From assembly GCA_040182905.1 (NCBI GenBank), contig JARQWU010000072.1, positions 1-38,177 of the forward strand: a stretch of 38,177 bases of DNA, in the 5' to 3' direction. This stretch comes from Barthelona sp. PAP020. Lineage: Eukaryota. The position numbers and the translations under genes are program-made. Below are positions 18,701-33,700 of the stretch, piece after piece; the stretch's first letter is position 1; each line of letters starts with the position of its first letter. Under the pieces are notes generated by a model that saw only the letters and a program-made list of their open reading frames with translations, ran no database searches and was not told the DNA's origin.

Positions 18701-21700
18701 TACCTGTTCCATTAATATTAGAATTGGCCTTAACTTGAAGAGTTGAAAGACTATTGATTGTCATTTCGTCATGAATTTCTAATGTTCCACCATTCAAAAC
18801 AATAGTTGTTCCAGCATCAGTGTCACAATTTCCTTCACAACTTAACATTGTGCCATCAACAATTTCAAAGTTCTTTAAAGTAACTTTGTCGAATCCATCA
18901 GCGGAATAATCACCAACAACAACTTTCACGTTGTTACTTGTAACAATTGGAGCTGATGAGAACACAGCATGTGGTCCAATTTCAAAGGTTGGTGAAGTTG
19001 AGAAAAGCAATCTATTTGAATCAACGACCACTAATCTTCCATCAAATACAGTTGAACTGTTCTTAACAAGAATATATCCAGGATCATTGACAGTAATTTG
19101 AGCAGAACTGACAATGCTGTGATTACCAGTATCAAAAGTAACTTCACCATCAATTAAAACAATACCATCAACAATTGAATTCTTGGAAAGTTCCAAAGAA
19201 GCGCCGTTACTGACTGATAAACTACCTTCATTCTTAAGACCTTGAATATCAGCAGCAACTGAAACTGTCATTGTTCCTTTGTTGGTAAAGTATGAATTAC
19301 CATCAGCGATGAAAGTGAGTGAGCTGATGTCAATTGTAGCATCACCACCAATTGTTAAACTACCTCCATTGACAGCTGTAACAACTGAACCATCAACATT
19401 GGAGTTTAATTCGATAACAATTTCAAAACCAGACAATTGAAGAGGAGAATCATAAACATAGAGTTGATTTTCAACATAAAGAGCAGCAGAACCTTCAATA
19501 ATTGGATTGTCAGAACTTGTAGCACCCCATTTGAAAACATCAGTTGTGATATTACCAACACCCTCCAATCTTCCGTTGATAAGCTCTAATGTATTTGAAA
19601 CAACTAAATCACCAACAACTTCAACAGTACCATCATCAATAACAAGTTTATCAATACTATGGTAAGAACCAGCTTCAACACTGTCAAATAGCATCTTTGC
19701 AGGTGTTTGAACAACCAAAGGTTGGTTAGGATTGACAATGGACGTTCCATCGATAGCTTGGAAAAGACCATTGTTCATTTCAAAAGTACAACCGGAATTC
19801 AAAGTCCATTGTCCCTTAGAAACAACAAGAGTATCAGCATTCTTCATGGAAATTCCAGTACCATCACAAACAATGGTTCCATCTGTTTCCAAAATATGAG
19901 TACCACTATAATACTCAACAGTTGCAGAGAGAACATCAATAGAACCAGTAATGGTTGAATTTTGAGTAAATTGGAATGTACCACCTGTTAAATCACAATC
20001 ACCATTAATTTCGATATGACCAGCAACAATGACACCACCATTTTGTTCAACAACACCATTCATGTAAATAACTGAATGTCCTTGAGTATTTAATGCCAAG
20101 TTTTGTGAAATAGTGACTGTTGAAGAAGTATCAAATATGAACGAACAATTATCAGTTGATGAAATTCCACAATCAATAACAACACCATTGCGTAAAGTGA
20201 TTGAATTTTTCATGATAACAATAGAACCTTCACTAATAGAAGGATTAGCACTTAAAAGATATTCAACATCAACTGAAGAAAGAATAGTGATATTTTTAGA
20301 AATGGTGGGAGAATCAACATTCAATTTAGAAGTGATATTGACAACACTCATTTCAACAACATCTTGTGAAACAACACCATTAGTTAAAGTAAGTATTCCA
20401 ACACTCATATCAGCACGAGGCTCGAAATATCCAGCAGTTAAAGTTAAAGATCCAATAGTGACATTAGAACTTTCCATAATCAAAAGATTAGAATCAGCAC
20501 CATTAATTTCCAAAGGAATTGTGGGGTTAGTGAATGTGCATGAATCAAATAACTTTAAGTTCTTTGCAATGAGTTCAAATGAACCTGCAGTAAGAGTAAC
20601 TTCTCCTTTCATATAAGAATCATCATGAATGCTGTTAATTGTCACTGCACCAGCACTTTCCAAGGATCCACCTTCTTCTAAATATAGAGTACCACCAATA
20701 ACTGACAAATCAGCTCCACCTTCAACAACAAAACTGCCACCAGCATTGACGCTAGTAATTGTACCAGTATTAAGGCTTAAAGAACCAAGATCGACAGCTA
20801 ACATATTTTCAATATATGTACTAATTAATCCTGTGATAATTACATTGTTGGCCGAAACAAGATGAACTTCACCGTATATTTTAAATTGGCAACCAACACA
20901 TTCACTGTTACCAATTAATTGAATTGAGCTATCTGATTCAATGTTAAACGTGGTATCTTGTGAAATTTTTATAGATCCAGAACCACATAATTCAATATTT
21001 CCAACTTTCCAGTCCATAACAGAACCACTGCCATCAGTTTGAATATTTCTTTCAATGTACTTTGCTGCAGTGGTTAAGAAATTGAAATTAGTGGCTTTAG
21101 TAAAACCAGTACCATTTTGATATCCACCATAGAAATTGTATGTATCTGCAATAATAGTACCTAAAGGACCATCAACTAAACCAGAGTTTTGATTGAAAGT
21201 TGTAACATCAAAAATAGTTCTTTCTAATGCTTCAACAATGGCATTATCATTGACGTTAACAGTAATAGCACTTCCATATGCATCACGATTGAGTTTTAAT
21301 TTGACATCATTATTCAAATGAACAACAGGCAGGGCAACATATCTCTTTGAAGCATCCTTAATTAATTGAACTTCACCATTATCAATCACAAGTTCTGTTG
21401 ATGTGGGAGTAAATGAAATGTCAGCTTCCAAAGACAAAACAGTTGAATCATCATCAGCGTTAAAATTGAATCCATGAATATCAACAAAATCACATGCCAC
21501 AGTACCTACAGCAGTTCCGTTAATGACATATTCACCATTGGTAAGTGTGGCAGTATTTCTGATACTGAATGCACCTGATTCAAATGAAACATAATACACA
21601 TCACCTCCATTAGTTGGTGATAAAGTACCAGAAATTTGAACATCAGATTCAAAACGCAATTTTGCCCCTAAAGCAAACTTAACAACATTGTTGATAGTTG

Positions 21701-24700
21701 AAGTAACTTTCAAATCCAAATATGTATCAATGTTCCAAATACCTAAATTATTCACAGAAGCCGCAAGAACATTTGATTTTTTATCCATAATAACGATTTC
21801 ATTGGTGAATGTGACTTCACCATTGTTTATCAATGAAGCACCATAATCAAAAATAATTGAACCAGCAATTGTAGCATCTGCCACTTCAACAGATCTGTAT
21901 TCGATCAAATGATCTTTATCAGAGAATGTGGCAGTACCCAAAACAACAATTCTACCATCTAAACCAGAAATAGTAACATTATCAAGATTAAAAGTACCTT
22001 CTGATTTCAATAAACCAGCACCATCTACAGAACCTGTAACCAAATCAATAGCGTTGGATGCAATTAAATCACCTTGTTGAGAAATAGAACCTGAATTCAT
22101 TGTATAACTTTGAGAATACACAGTAATACCAAAAGCTATCTTCAAAATACCATTATTTTGAATGACTTTACATAAGGTCACTGTATTTCCATTGTCAGAA
22201 GTAATTACATCAATAATACCATCATTAATGATGACACCATTGGCACAAGTATTTAATTCTGCACCTCCTTCAACATATAAATTACCATCATCAATACGTA
22301 GCTCATTTCCAGTGATAGAACCTTTAACAAACACATTTGCAAGTTCGGTTGAAATAACACCTTGACCAGTGATTGTGCAGTTCTTTTCAAAAATCAACAT
22401 GGCATCACGAATTTCAATAGATGTTCCCGCAGCCATATCAATTGAACCATGAATTTGGGCACTCTTTTTCAAACCTAAAACACCATCGTTTTGTTCAATC
22501 GTACCATAGAGAATGAGAGGAGCATAAATATTGATTGATCCGTTCATTATTAACGTACCATTAACCTGGAAATTACCAGACATATAAATATCACCTCCAA
22601 CATGAGAAATAATTCTACCTTCATTAGAAATGGTTAAAGAACCATCATTTGTGACATTAATATTACCACTACTCCAATCAAAATCACCATTACATACAAT
22701 ACTACGTTGGGACCATGTCAATGTTCCAACTGAATTTATGAACAAAGTACCAGAAGTGATTGTACGACCAAAACCAACCATTTCACCACCTTTCCAAATG
22801 AAATCACCAACAGCTTCAATATCACCTAAACCGGAAATGTAACCTCCTTCAAAGATAATACTTCCATAAGATTTCAAATATCCTGCAGTAATTGATACTG
22901 AACCATTTGTAATATTCAATCCACCTGATAATTCAACAGGACTCTTGATATTTAAATCACCATCAAAAATGTTGGTTGCAACAAGTTGGAATGGATCTTC
23001 ATTATCAGAACCAGCAAAATCTAAAGTACCTCCATAAAGACTTAAAATACAATCACCAATAAAGTTGAAAGGTGGCATGAAATAAACAGTACCATTGTAA
23101 ATATCAACACTTGCACCATCAGTAATGTTGAAAGTTGCCTTTGTAATCAAACTGGTACCATTGATAAGTAAACTACCATTACCTTTGATGACCATACCAG
23201 AAGAGAAAGTAGCTGTTCCTTCTTCAAAGATGAAGGAAGAACTTTCATCCATATCAAGAATTCCATTGTACGCAGAATTACCAGAAATATGAATATGTGT
23301 GTTGTCTCTAATTTCAAAAGTACCGTAATTATCTAAGAAAATACCAAGTGAAATATTTCCACCAGGAGCCAAACGGAATTGTCCACGATTTTGTAAGAAA
23401 GCAGTAGAATTGTCAGGAATTGAAAGAGAAGCTTCAGGCTTTGTAACAAAGAATGATCCATAATTCACAATACCTGTACTGCCTAAAATAACCAAATTTC
23501 CTTCATCATAATCCATATAACCATAATTGATAAACTTACGACAATTAATAACTTTATCAGCTTCACTACTGAAATTCAAATTACCCAAATTTGTAAAAGT
23601 AACACTATCCAAAACTTTTCCATTTATCCAATCAGTGTCTCCATCAACTTTGAAATCACCAGATCCCATAATAGAACCTTCAGAGAAGTTTGTAAACGTT
23701 TGAGAAGTGATAACACCAGAATCTAAAACAATATAAGCAGTTGGTGAAGAAATATTGGCAGAATTAAGAATGAGGAGATTTCCTTGAACATTAAGAGTAC
23801 CATTATACATACGAAGAGATTTGATAGTGAAACAATTTTCAGAATCTAACAAAGGTCTTTCAACATTGACAGTACCACCATCAATTACAAGATCAACACC
23901 AGTTCTATCAAGACCACATGATGAAGGTTGAAGATTTACAACTGCAGAACCTGAAACAACAATTTCTGCTTCCATAGCATCAATATCTTGAACACCTGAA
24001 CTGATTTCAATACCTTTACCCTTGGCGACAATTTTACCACCAGTGGTATACAATTTTTCTTGACCAAATTCAATAACACCTGTTTCTTCAGCAGCTAACA
24101 AACCTTGTGAATAACCACCACCAACTAATTGAGAAGTACCATTGATAATTGTGAAATTTTCAATGTTTTCAATAGACCATTCAATTCTGCTTCTTGAAAC
24201 TTTTTCATTGGGCATCCAATTGGTTTCAGCAGAAGCAGGATACATAGAATCACAATTACCAATTGCCATGAAAGGTTCATCATCCAGATTAGTTGTAAAA
24301 TCTACAAATCCAACCAAATTATCAGTGTTGATAGTATCATTACCATAGTTGTGAACATCAGTAAGAGAAATAGAAGTGTCAAATATGGCAAAATTCTTTA
24401 GAGTAACATTCACATCTGAATTAGCAACAACAAACAAATTAGTAACTTCCGATATGGTTCCAACACAAGACGCATAATCAACGGTTGTACCATTGACGGA
24501 TAACAAAACCAATGAACTGTTATAAACAACCATTATTGGGATAAAATCATCAACAAAAGTGATATTGACATAATTATCGGCAAGATAATCATTAGTTTGA
24601 CCAGTTAAGTGAATACTTGTTTCTTCAGTCCAAATCTTAGCATCAATTGTACAATTAACACCATATTCTTCACAGTAAATAGAAATTTCAATGGCACTTT

Positions 24701-27700
24701 CCATACCAAAAGTGGTATTCACAATTGATTCATTGTCAAAAATGAACGTCCAACCAATAGAAAACTCACTGCCAAATAGTAATGCATGTGAAGCTTCAAT
24801 AGCAATTTGTTTACCAACCGAATGAAGACCAACGCTAGAATCAAACGTGTAGGATCCAACATCAGTATCAACATCATAAAGAGCAAACAATGGAGATAAA
24901 CACATAGTTTTGGAATCATAATCAACAAGAACTTCAATAGGATAATCTGATTTTGTAACATTACCAGAATTGGAGAATGTTGCTTTACCAGTATTCTTCA
25001 ATAAAGATACTGATCCCATATACATGCTTGTAAGATTAGAAATAATGAAATATGCATCATTTTGTCCATGAATGTGTCCAGAATACCATTCAACACGTTC
25101 ATTTGCCAATAAGATTCTTTGATCCATAAGCTTGTAATGAGTACTGGAAATGACCAAATTTTCACGAACATAAGTAGAACCTAAACCTGAAATATAACCA
25201 CCAGTAAATGCAAAATCACCAAATATATCAATTAGACCACTTCCACTTTGAGTGGCATTGTCATCTTGTGTGACATCCTCATTGACCACAGTAGTGCCAG
25301 ATACTTGGAAAGTACCATCTCCAATCAATGTGATATTATCAGTAGTAAGATGCGCATCAACTTGCATTTTACCACCAGTTATAGAAATGGATGGAATTAC
25401 GAAAGGCTTAACAATTTCTCCCTTGAAAATTACAGATCCATCTTCAAGCAAGAAAGCAGCATCCGTTTGAGTATATCCAGGTTTTAAAACAACATCACCT
25501 GAGCTAACTTGGAAAAGACCTTCTGCACTTAAGGTTACATTACATAACATTGAGACATAAGATCCATTCACCAAGAAGATACCTTCACCAGTGATTGTTG
25601 TGTTACGATCAAAATCATGATCACCATCACGAACTTCAAAGGTAGAATCAGCATCAATATATATTGTACTGGTATTATAATTGTTGTCCCCTAAAATAAC
25701 AATATGAGAATCGGCCAAATTGCATTCGGATTCATATCTGTTCAGCATTTCAGCAGATATACTGAAATCATCGGTATCCACAAAATTGACAATACCTTTA
25801 TTGATGAATCTTCCTTCAACACCTTCATTTGTACCAATAGAACCAACAGCACTATTGACATTGAAAATAGCATTTTTAGCAACTTCCATTGACCCACGTT
25901 CATTAATAATAACATCACCACCAGCAAAATTAACTGTTGAATCTTCAAAAATCAACTGTGCAGCGGAAATATATTTAACACCATCAGTTTGAATGGTTGC
26001 ATCATTATTAACAATAATTTTACCAACACCAGTAATATTACCATTTTCAAACAACATTGAAGTTAATGACAATCCTTTTGAGCATTGTAACAAACCACCA
26101 TAAATATTTAATTCTGAGACTTCAAACAATTTACATTTTGTATCAAAAGTACCATTATACACTGAGAAACCATTGATATTAACATGTTCAACATCACTGG
26201 AAACTGTCAAGTAACCATCACCATCAACAGACATGATACCTGTTCCATTCAAAAATGCAGGTGCAATAACCTTGAAATTAATGGAAGTGACAATGATATT
26301 GGCACCAGCTTCAATAATAGTTGTTCCTGTAGTTTGACCGATGGATTCTAAATAAAGAACACCCTTAACCTTGAAAATGTTTTTGTTGTTAAATTGTCCA
26401 CGAAGTACGGTAGAAGTGATAGGATTGGTCTTGTTGACATAACCTTCATTGTAAATGTTCATACCAAAATAGGATGCTTCATCAGAAGGATCTAATACAA
26501 TTGAACCACCTTCCAAAACTTGAACCTTACCAAATGATTCAGAAGAAAGCATTTGAGAAGTACCATTGATGAAAACAAGAGAACCTTGAACTTTAATTGT
26601 AGCATCATTCAAAGTAATATTACCACCATCAATAGTAGTGGTACAATGTTCAGAAATAACTACAACAGATTGTTGATCAAACAATAGTGTTTCATATTCG
26701 GTATTATTCCAATCATAAGAATCAGAAACGAAAGAAACTGTCTGGTTGAAAATGATTTCACCAGTAGAATCAATAATACCGTATTCAAATAACATACTTT
26801 CATTGAAAACAACAGATGAAACAATAGATAACAATCTACCACCAGCAAGATGAATGCTTGGAGCAAACTCATAGGCAAATAACACATCACCACCACTCAC
26901 TAAAATTGTGTGAGAATTTGTGAAATTTGAAGTGTAAAGATAATGAACACCACTTTCAAAAATGATGAGATCATCATGAATACTGATAAATGAACCATAA
27001 ATACCAGAAAGTACATTATTGAATGAAACAACTACTTCATTCATCTCTAAAATGGCATCAGGTAAAATGTAAACAATAGCAGTAGATTCAAATATGAGGC
27101 TAATATTTAATCCAGTATCAATTGTACCAACTAAATAACCATCAAATGTTGTAATACCACCACGGAATATTAAATGTCCATTATTGATATAAATGGTACC
27201 ATTTTTGTGATTGGTTAATCCACCATTATTGAAAACTGCCAATGATTCATTAGATTTGGTCAAAGAACCATAGTTTTCGATAACAAGATTCATTTCAACG
27301 GTATAATTATTACCCTTAATGTTAATGTCTCCATGATTAATAAGTGTAACTGGATTGCTACCACTTGTGAATACATCTAATATGGGATCAACATTGAAAA
27401 TACCATAATTAATCAACTCCAACCTACTTCCAATCAATTGACCGTTGATGAAGGTACTGTTGGCAGTTTCATTCAAAACGATTCTTCCAGAGATGAAAGA
27501 TTTTGTTTCATCAGTATCAAGAATCATAGAACCATTGACAACAATAGTTGCATCAACTTCATATTCTACTTTACCGTATCTAAAATCGAAGTTCTCAATG
27601 ATAACATTAGCTTTACCAGAAATTGCTGGAGTACTTGAACTATCATTTGACATCACTAAAGTCCTGACAAAGGCATTATCATGAGGCAAGAAATTACCTT

Positions 27701-30700
27701 TCACAATAATACTATCAAAACCACCACCAAGGGTTTCGTTGCCCATTACATACAATTGAGAGTTTTCATCAATTATCACATCTCCTTTGACCCATTGATC
27801 TTCAGGATAAATAATCAATTTTGTATTCTGAAGAACCACTGTTGTATTTTCGGTTGTAATTCCCCATATTCTTAAATAATTTTGATTGTAGAATATAAGG
27901 GTACTGTTAGTTTCACCGGCAATTGTTACATTTTGCAAATAAGAAGTCCAATCATCTGTTCCTTTATTATGAACCATACGATAAATGTCAAAGTTAAATG
28001 TCAAAGTCTTATTCTCTTGAACATTAAAAATAGTGTTTGTAATTGTTGCACGATCATGTACACGTTGATCATCATACCCAAGAAGTTGTAGAACAACATC
28101 ATTCATGGCAAAAAATGTTCCATATGACGAACCAACACGTCTGTAAAGTTTCAATGTAGCATACAAATAAACAGTACCTTGATTGTCAATATTATGAACG
28201 GTAACCGTTTCATTAATTGTCAATATACCATTCTTCTCCACAAAAAAGCTGAAACCAGTAGCTCCAAAATCACCATAAAGACTTGAATAACCTGATTCAA
28301 TTCTAAAAGGAACATCACCAGAAATTCTTTGAACAACAGAATTATTTCCTGGATTCATATAAGAAGCAGTATGTGTTAAGGTGCTCCACCAATTATCATA
28401 AATTGTACAATCTTGGAAAACAGAATTTTCACCAAAAACAAAGACAGAAGACATGGAATTTTCATTTGTTAATCTCAAAGTACCACCAGTCATGATTGTA
28501 GTGGGTAAAACACCTTTGACGAATTCACCTCTCAAACGCAAAACACCTCCTTGAACATATAATTTACTAGCTAACGACTCAATGTTGATCTTTGTACCAA
28601 TACAATAATAAGGTTCAACATTTGTGCAATTTCTATTAAAATAATTGTATTCGATTGAAGTGTAACCACTCTTTTGAATCAATTCACCTGTGAAATTCCA
28701 ATTACCACGCAATTGGGAATCGGGATATGCGCTTGAAACTTGAGTGCCAGAACCAGTATCCATGACGATAGTACCATTACCACTAACATTTGCATCAAGA
28801 CCAAAATGTATGACTGAAGTAAATATTAAGGTCGAATTAGTTTCAATATAGAAACTGAAGAAACAATAATAAGAGTCCTCTGTAGTGTAAAGATAATCCA
28901 ACTTCATTGTTCCATTCAAAACATTGACAACAGGGAATGTGTTCCAATCATTGTTTCCATCTAATATGTCAAAATCAACTTGAGTCATAGGAAGCCATAA
29001 ATTAGAAAATGAACTATACAACTCATAAGAACCAGTTTTAACCAAAGTAACATTGTAGTTCAATCTCAAATGCAACTGCAAATAACAATCACTGATAGAA
29101 CAATCAATTTCTAACAATCCATAAGAAACAAGATGTGTATCATCACTTGTTGATACTCTGTAAGTGTTAAAGTTTTCAATATGAGCTTTGGTAAAAGTAG
29201 AAATAACTATTCTATCATCAAGACTTGCAGTACCATTAACAAAATTAAGAACTCCATAGAAAGTGTGGAATTGATACCAATAATTAGAATCATACCATTG
29301 AGCACTGACATAACTAGGGATAATTCGAGTCCAAACTGAACCACCATAGAACGTAACAGTTGAATCATATGTAGTGTTAAATGTACCTCTTGTTTGAACA
29401 GTACCATACACATGTAAATCATAGAAAGATGCAAAATATCCATATTCAATAATCAATTTGGCATTTTCTTCTATTACACAAGGCATAACATTAGTTTTGG
29501 TATTTGCAAGAGTAAAGACTGAATAATTGCTGAAAACAAGCTTATTATTTACAGCAAACACACTGTCGTAAGTACCTTCCTCATTCAAAGTAAATTGAGA
29601 ATTATCAAAGAAGTATATATCCATATTGGCAACAAAATGTCCATTTAATATTAAATTACCAACATTATTAAAATCAACTGTTCCTTCAATACCAAGAGTA
29701 GAACCAAATTCAACTTCAAACAATCCTCCAATATGCAATTCAGCACCAGATTCAACTAAAAGAGTATTATCTTCCAAATATAAACTCTCTAATTGGTAAA
29801 CGGTACTTCCACTACTGATGGTAATAGTTCCTGATGAACGAACAATACAACTGATATTGAACAGATCAGAAACTGCAATCGTCATTGTTCCTTCAACATA
29901 TAGGGTACCCTTTTCACCTGAGTTGGTGTAAACAGAGGAATTATCCTTGTTGCATAAAAGTGAACCTTCACTTACAACAACAAAAGACACTGATTCACCC
30001 AAATGAATATGTCCATCAACAAGTGTAGTAACAGCATAAATATTAAAAGCAACAAATTCGAAATCCTTAACAATTTCTGTAATTAAATCAAATGTGCCAT
30101 GTACATTACAAATACCATTACCTGTAACAAGACCTTGCTCCATAGTTAATGAATTAGATACGTTAAAGACACCATCAATATTAATAGTACCCTGAGTAAA
30201 AGTTACGTCGGCAAAAACAACTTCTTTGTAAACAGAAATTTCAAGCACAGTATTAATACCATTGATTTCAACACCAATGAAAGAATTGTCATGATTTATA
30301 ATCAAGGTACCATTACCATATAAAAGCATTGTATTATCAATTTCAAAAACAGAATTAATCTCCAGAGTTGATGAAGTGTCTTCACAAAGTTCTTTGAAAA
30401 CACAAGTATTATTGCAAGAGAAAACATCTCCTTCAAATACCCAATTTCCTTTGGTGAAAAGAATTTCAGTTCCTTCAACAACAAAAGAACCTGTTGATAC
30501 ACCATTAGCAGCTAATTCAATCTTTCCATCGGAATAAATGGATCCAGAATCACCTTGAGAAATGATTCCTGAAAAAATCAAATAATCGTGAGAAACAAAG
30601 CTTCCATAATTCACAAATTCCCATTGAATTTGTTTTGTTTCATTGTTTGTACCATCAGAATTGACAATTGATCCATAATTGATAAATTGACAAGTAGGTG

Positions 30701-33700
30701 CATTTGAAACAAAGTCGGATAATATCAATGATGTTCCAGAAAAAGTACCTGAAGCATCAGAATTAACAGTGATTGAAGCGTCGGAACAATTGAAAATTGC
30801 ATCTGTGATTGTTAAAGAATTGGTAATTTCCAAAACTTTAGTGGTAATTTTCTTTTCATCGGAAGTGATAATGAGCATATCATCAATTTTAATCTTTCCA
30901 ATCTCTTCAAAATTACCCTTTCTCCATTCTAATGAAACAACTTCCGTGTTTGCAGCAATAACAGTACCACCATTGAGAATAACTGAATCTAACTGACAAT
31001 ATCCATTGCAATCTAATTCACCATCAATGACATTAATATCTTGTGCAATATTTGTTTCTGCATCAGTAATCAATTTCGCACCTTCTATGTATAAGAAAAC
31101 AGTGCTTGAACCAGAGAAAGATACTTCACCAGAAATGAAACGAATTAATCCGGTACCAGTTGTAGAAGACGTGTTAAGGAAAGAAATATCATTAATAATA
31201 TGTAATTCCCCATCAACAGTGATGATGTTATGAATTTCAGAATCAACACCACTCAATGTTAATTCACCACTGGTTATAGCCAATGTACCTTTTTGAATAA
31301 TAGACATTCCAATATCAACATTGACAGTGTCTGAAGTAATAGTGTCATGATTATAAATTATACATACGCCAGTTGTTGAATCATCAAAAATATTTGTGTC
31401 CTCAATTGTAGAGAAAGTAATATCATTCAAATTGATAATGGTTCCATCAACACATGTTGTATTACCACCATCAAATTTAAGTTCACCATTGTTGATAATT
31501 GTGGCACCATCAATTGTTGCATTTTGCTTCATTGAAACCAAAGCAGAAGCTCCAACAACCACACTACCAGTACCAGTCAAAGTACCATGAATAATTGCCA
31601 TTGATTGAACAGTGAATGATTCAACTCCGGAAAGGCAACCATCAGTTTCAATATTTAAGGAACCAGCAACAATAGGGCTGACAACTTCAAAACATCCTTT
31701 TTTGATCAATATACTTCCACTTCCAAAGTTTGGTGAATTCAAATCAAATTTGAATGATCCTCCTTCTTGAATGACAGAACCAACAATGTTTGTAGTTCCA
31801 GTCAATTCTAAAGTATTATCTAAACAAATTAATGATGAACCAGACACAGATTGAACTGTACCTCTAATATTTTGGAGAATACCAGCCGTTGAATTGAAGT
31901 AAAGTTTATCATACACAGTAACAGTACCATCGAAAACGAATTCATTGATAAAAGAAAATGAAGCTCCCTCAACAGCACCACTGATACCAGAAATAATTTC
32001 ACCAGAACCATATGTACGAACATTAATTGTTGTAAAAGAATCAGAATCAACGGAAGTATCTTTGTGGAAAATACCAGAAACATCAATGAAACCATAACCA
32101 CTAATTTCATCATACGTGGAACAAAGATCACGGAATGTACCTGCAGATTTAACATAAATAGAACTATTAGAATATGCCAAACTATCACCAATAACAAAAC
32201 TACCAGCAATCCAAGAAAACACACCACCAATACTTAATCTAGAATTCAAAACGAAAACTCCAGTAACTTCAATGGAACCACCATGTGTGAAGAAACGACC
32301 ATCACCAACAATGAAACCATCATTGATTGTAATCTGATTGGCTTCAATGGTACCATCATTAATAATTCTTGAAGTACTCTTCAACAAAACATTGGCAACT
32401 AACACTTCAGTATCTTTCTCCACAACGAGAACAACACCAGACAAGTCCAATACAGTTGTTGCATGTGAAATCCAAGATGATTTTCTTGTGAAGGTAATTA
32501 TTTCAGAACCAGAGAAAGTAAAAGTACCTTCAAAATCTAAAGTACCATAGAAATAGGAAAGATGGGTGTTAATACCAAAAGATCCTGTACCTGTTAAGCT
32601 TCCAGAGTCTTTCAAAACAAACAAACCATTGGTACCAGCAACAAAATTGACAGAACCTTCCAAAAGAACAGCACCATACAAGTAAGTGATACTTGAAGCT
32701 TGAATGCTGCCATCACTTTCAATTGTAAACGAATCATTGAAATGTAAAGGAATATTGATCTCCAAATCGACAGACAAAATACCAGAGTTGATGAAAGTAA
32801 TCAGTGATGTCAATGAATCAGCAAGTGAAGGATTAATACCAACACTACAATCAACACAAGAAGGCAATGGTTGAACATTCACAACATTAATTTGTGCATT
32901 ATCAAGCACAATACCGGAACTGCCACCTAATTGAAGTGTAGTTACATTTAAAATAACATTTTGAAGGGTTAAAACACCTTCTAAATTGATTTCTTCAATG
33001 TGAACAAATTCTAACTCCAAAGATCCAGCCATACCAACAATTGAAAGTGAAGAAATGTTTAATTTTTTCACAGTAAAGTCTGAAGTTTCAATTGTAAATG
33101 TCGAAGAAGAAGCAACTACTTCATCCATATAACAATATCCACCATATAAACAAGTGAAATGAGATCCAGAATGTAAAGTTAATGGAACACTAATATTTAC
33201 ATCATAAACGGTAAAGTCATGAGTGTCATTTGTTAATAAATTACCATCACCATTAAATGTGACATTTTTCATAATAACTGGATGATCAATAATAACAGTC
33301 TCACCTACATTGAAAACGGCATCATTTAGATTCAAATCACTGTCACCAACAAAACTTACATTCTTCAAAATTTCAAATGAAGTTTCTTTGGTGATCAAAT
33401 TAGCAATGGCCATCGAATCAGAATCAGCATCTAACAATGAATCAACGTAGATAACTGGTTCACGAATTTCAATATGTTCAGATGCAACGTTATTGAAGTT
33501 TTCAGTATAAATTTCAAGAGCAGTACCCAAAATAGTTGTTGTTGTTCCACCAATGTTAAAATCGGTTGTGTGAATCATAACTTTATCCCAAGTAGAACTC
33601 AAATCACCAACAACCCAATTTGAAGTAATATAAAAAGATTCAGCAAAGATACTGAGTCCAACATCAAGACTGGGCAAGAAATTGATAAAATCATAATTTG

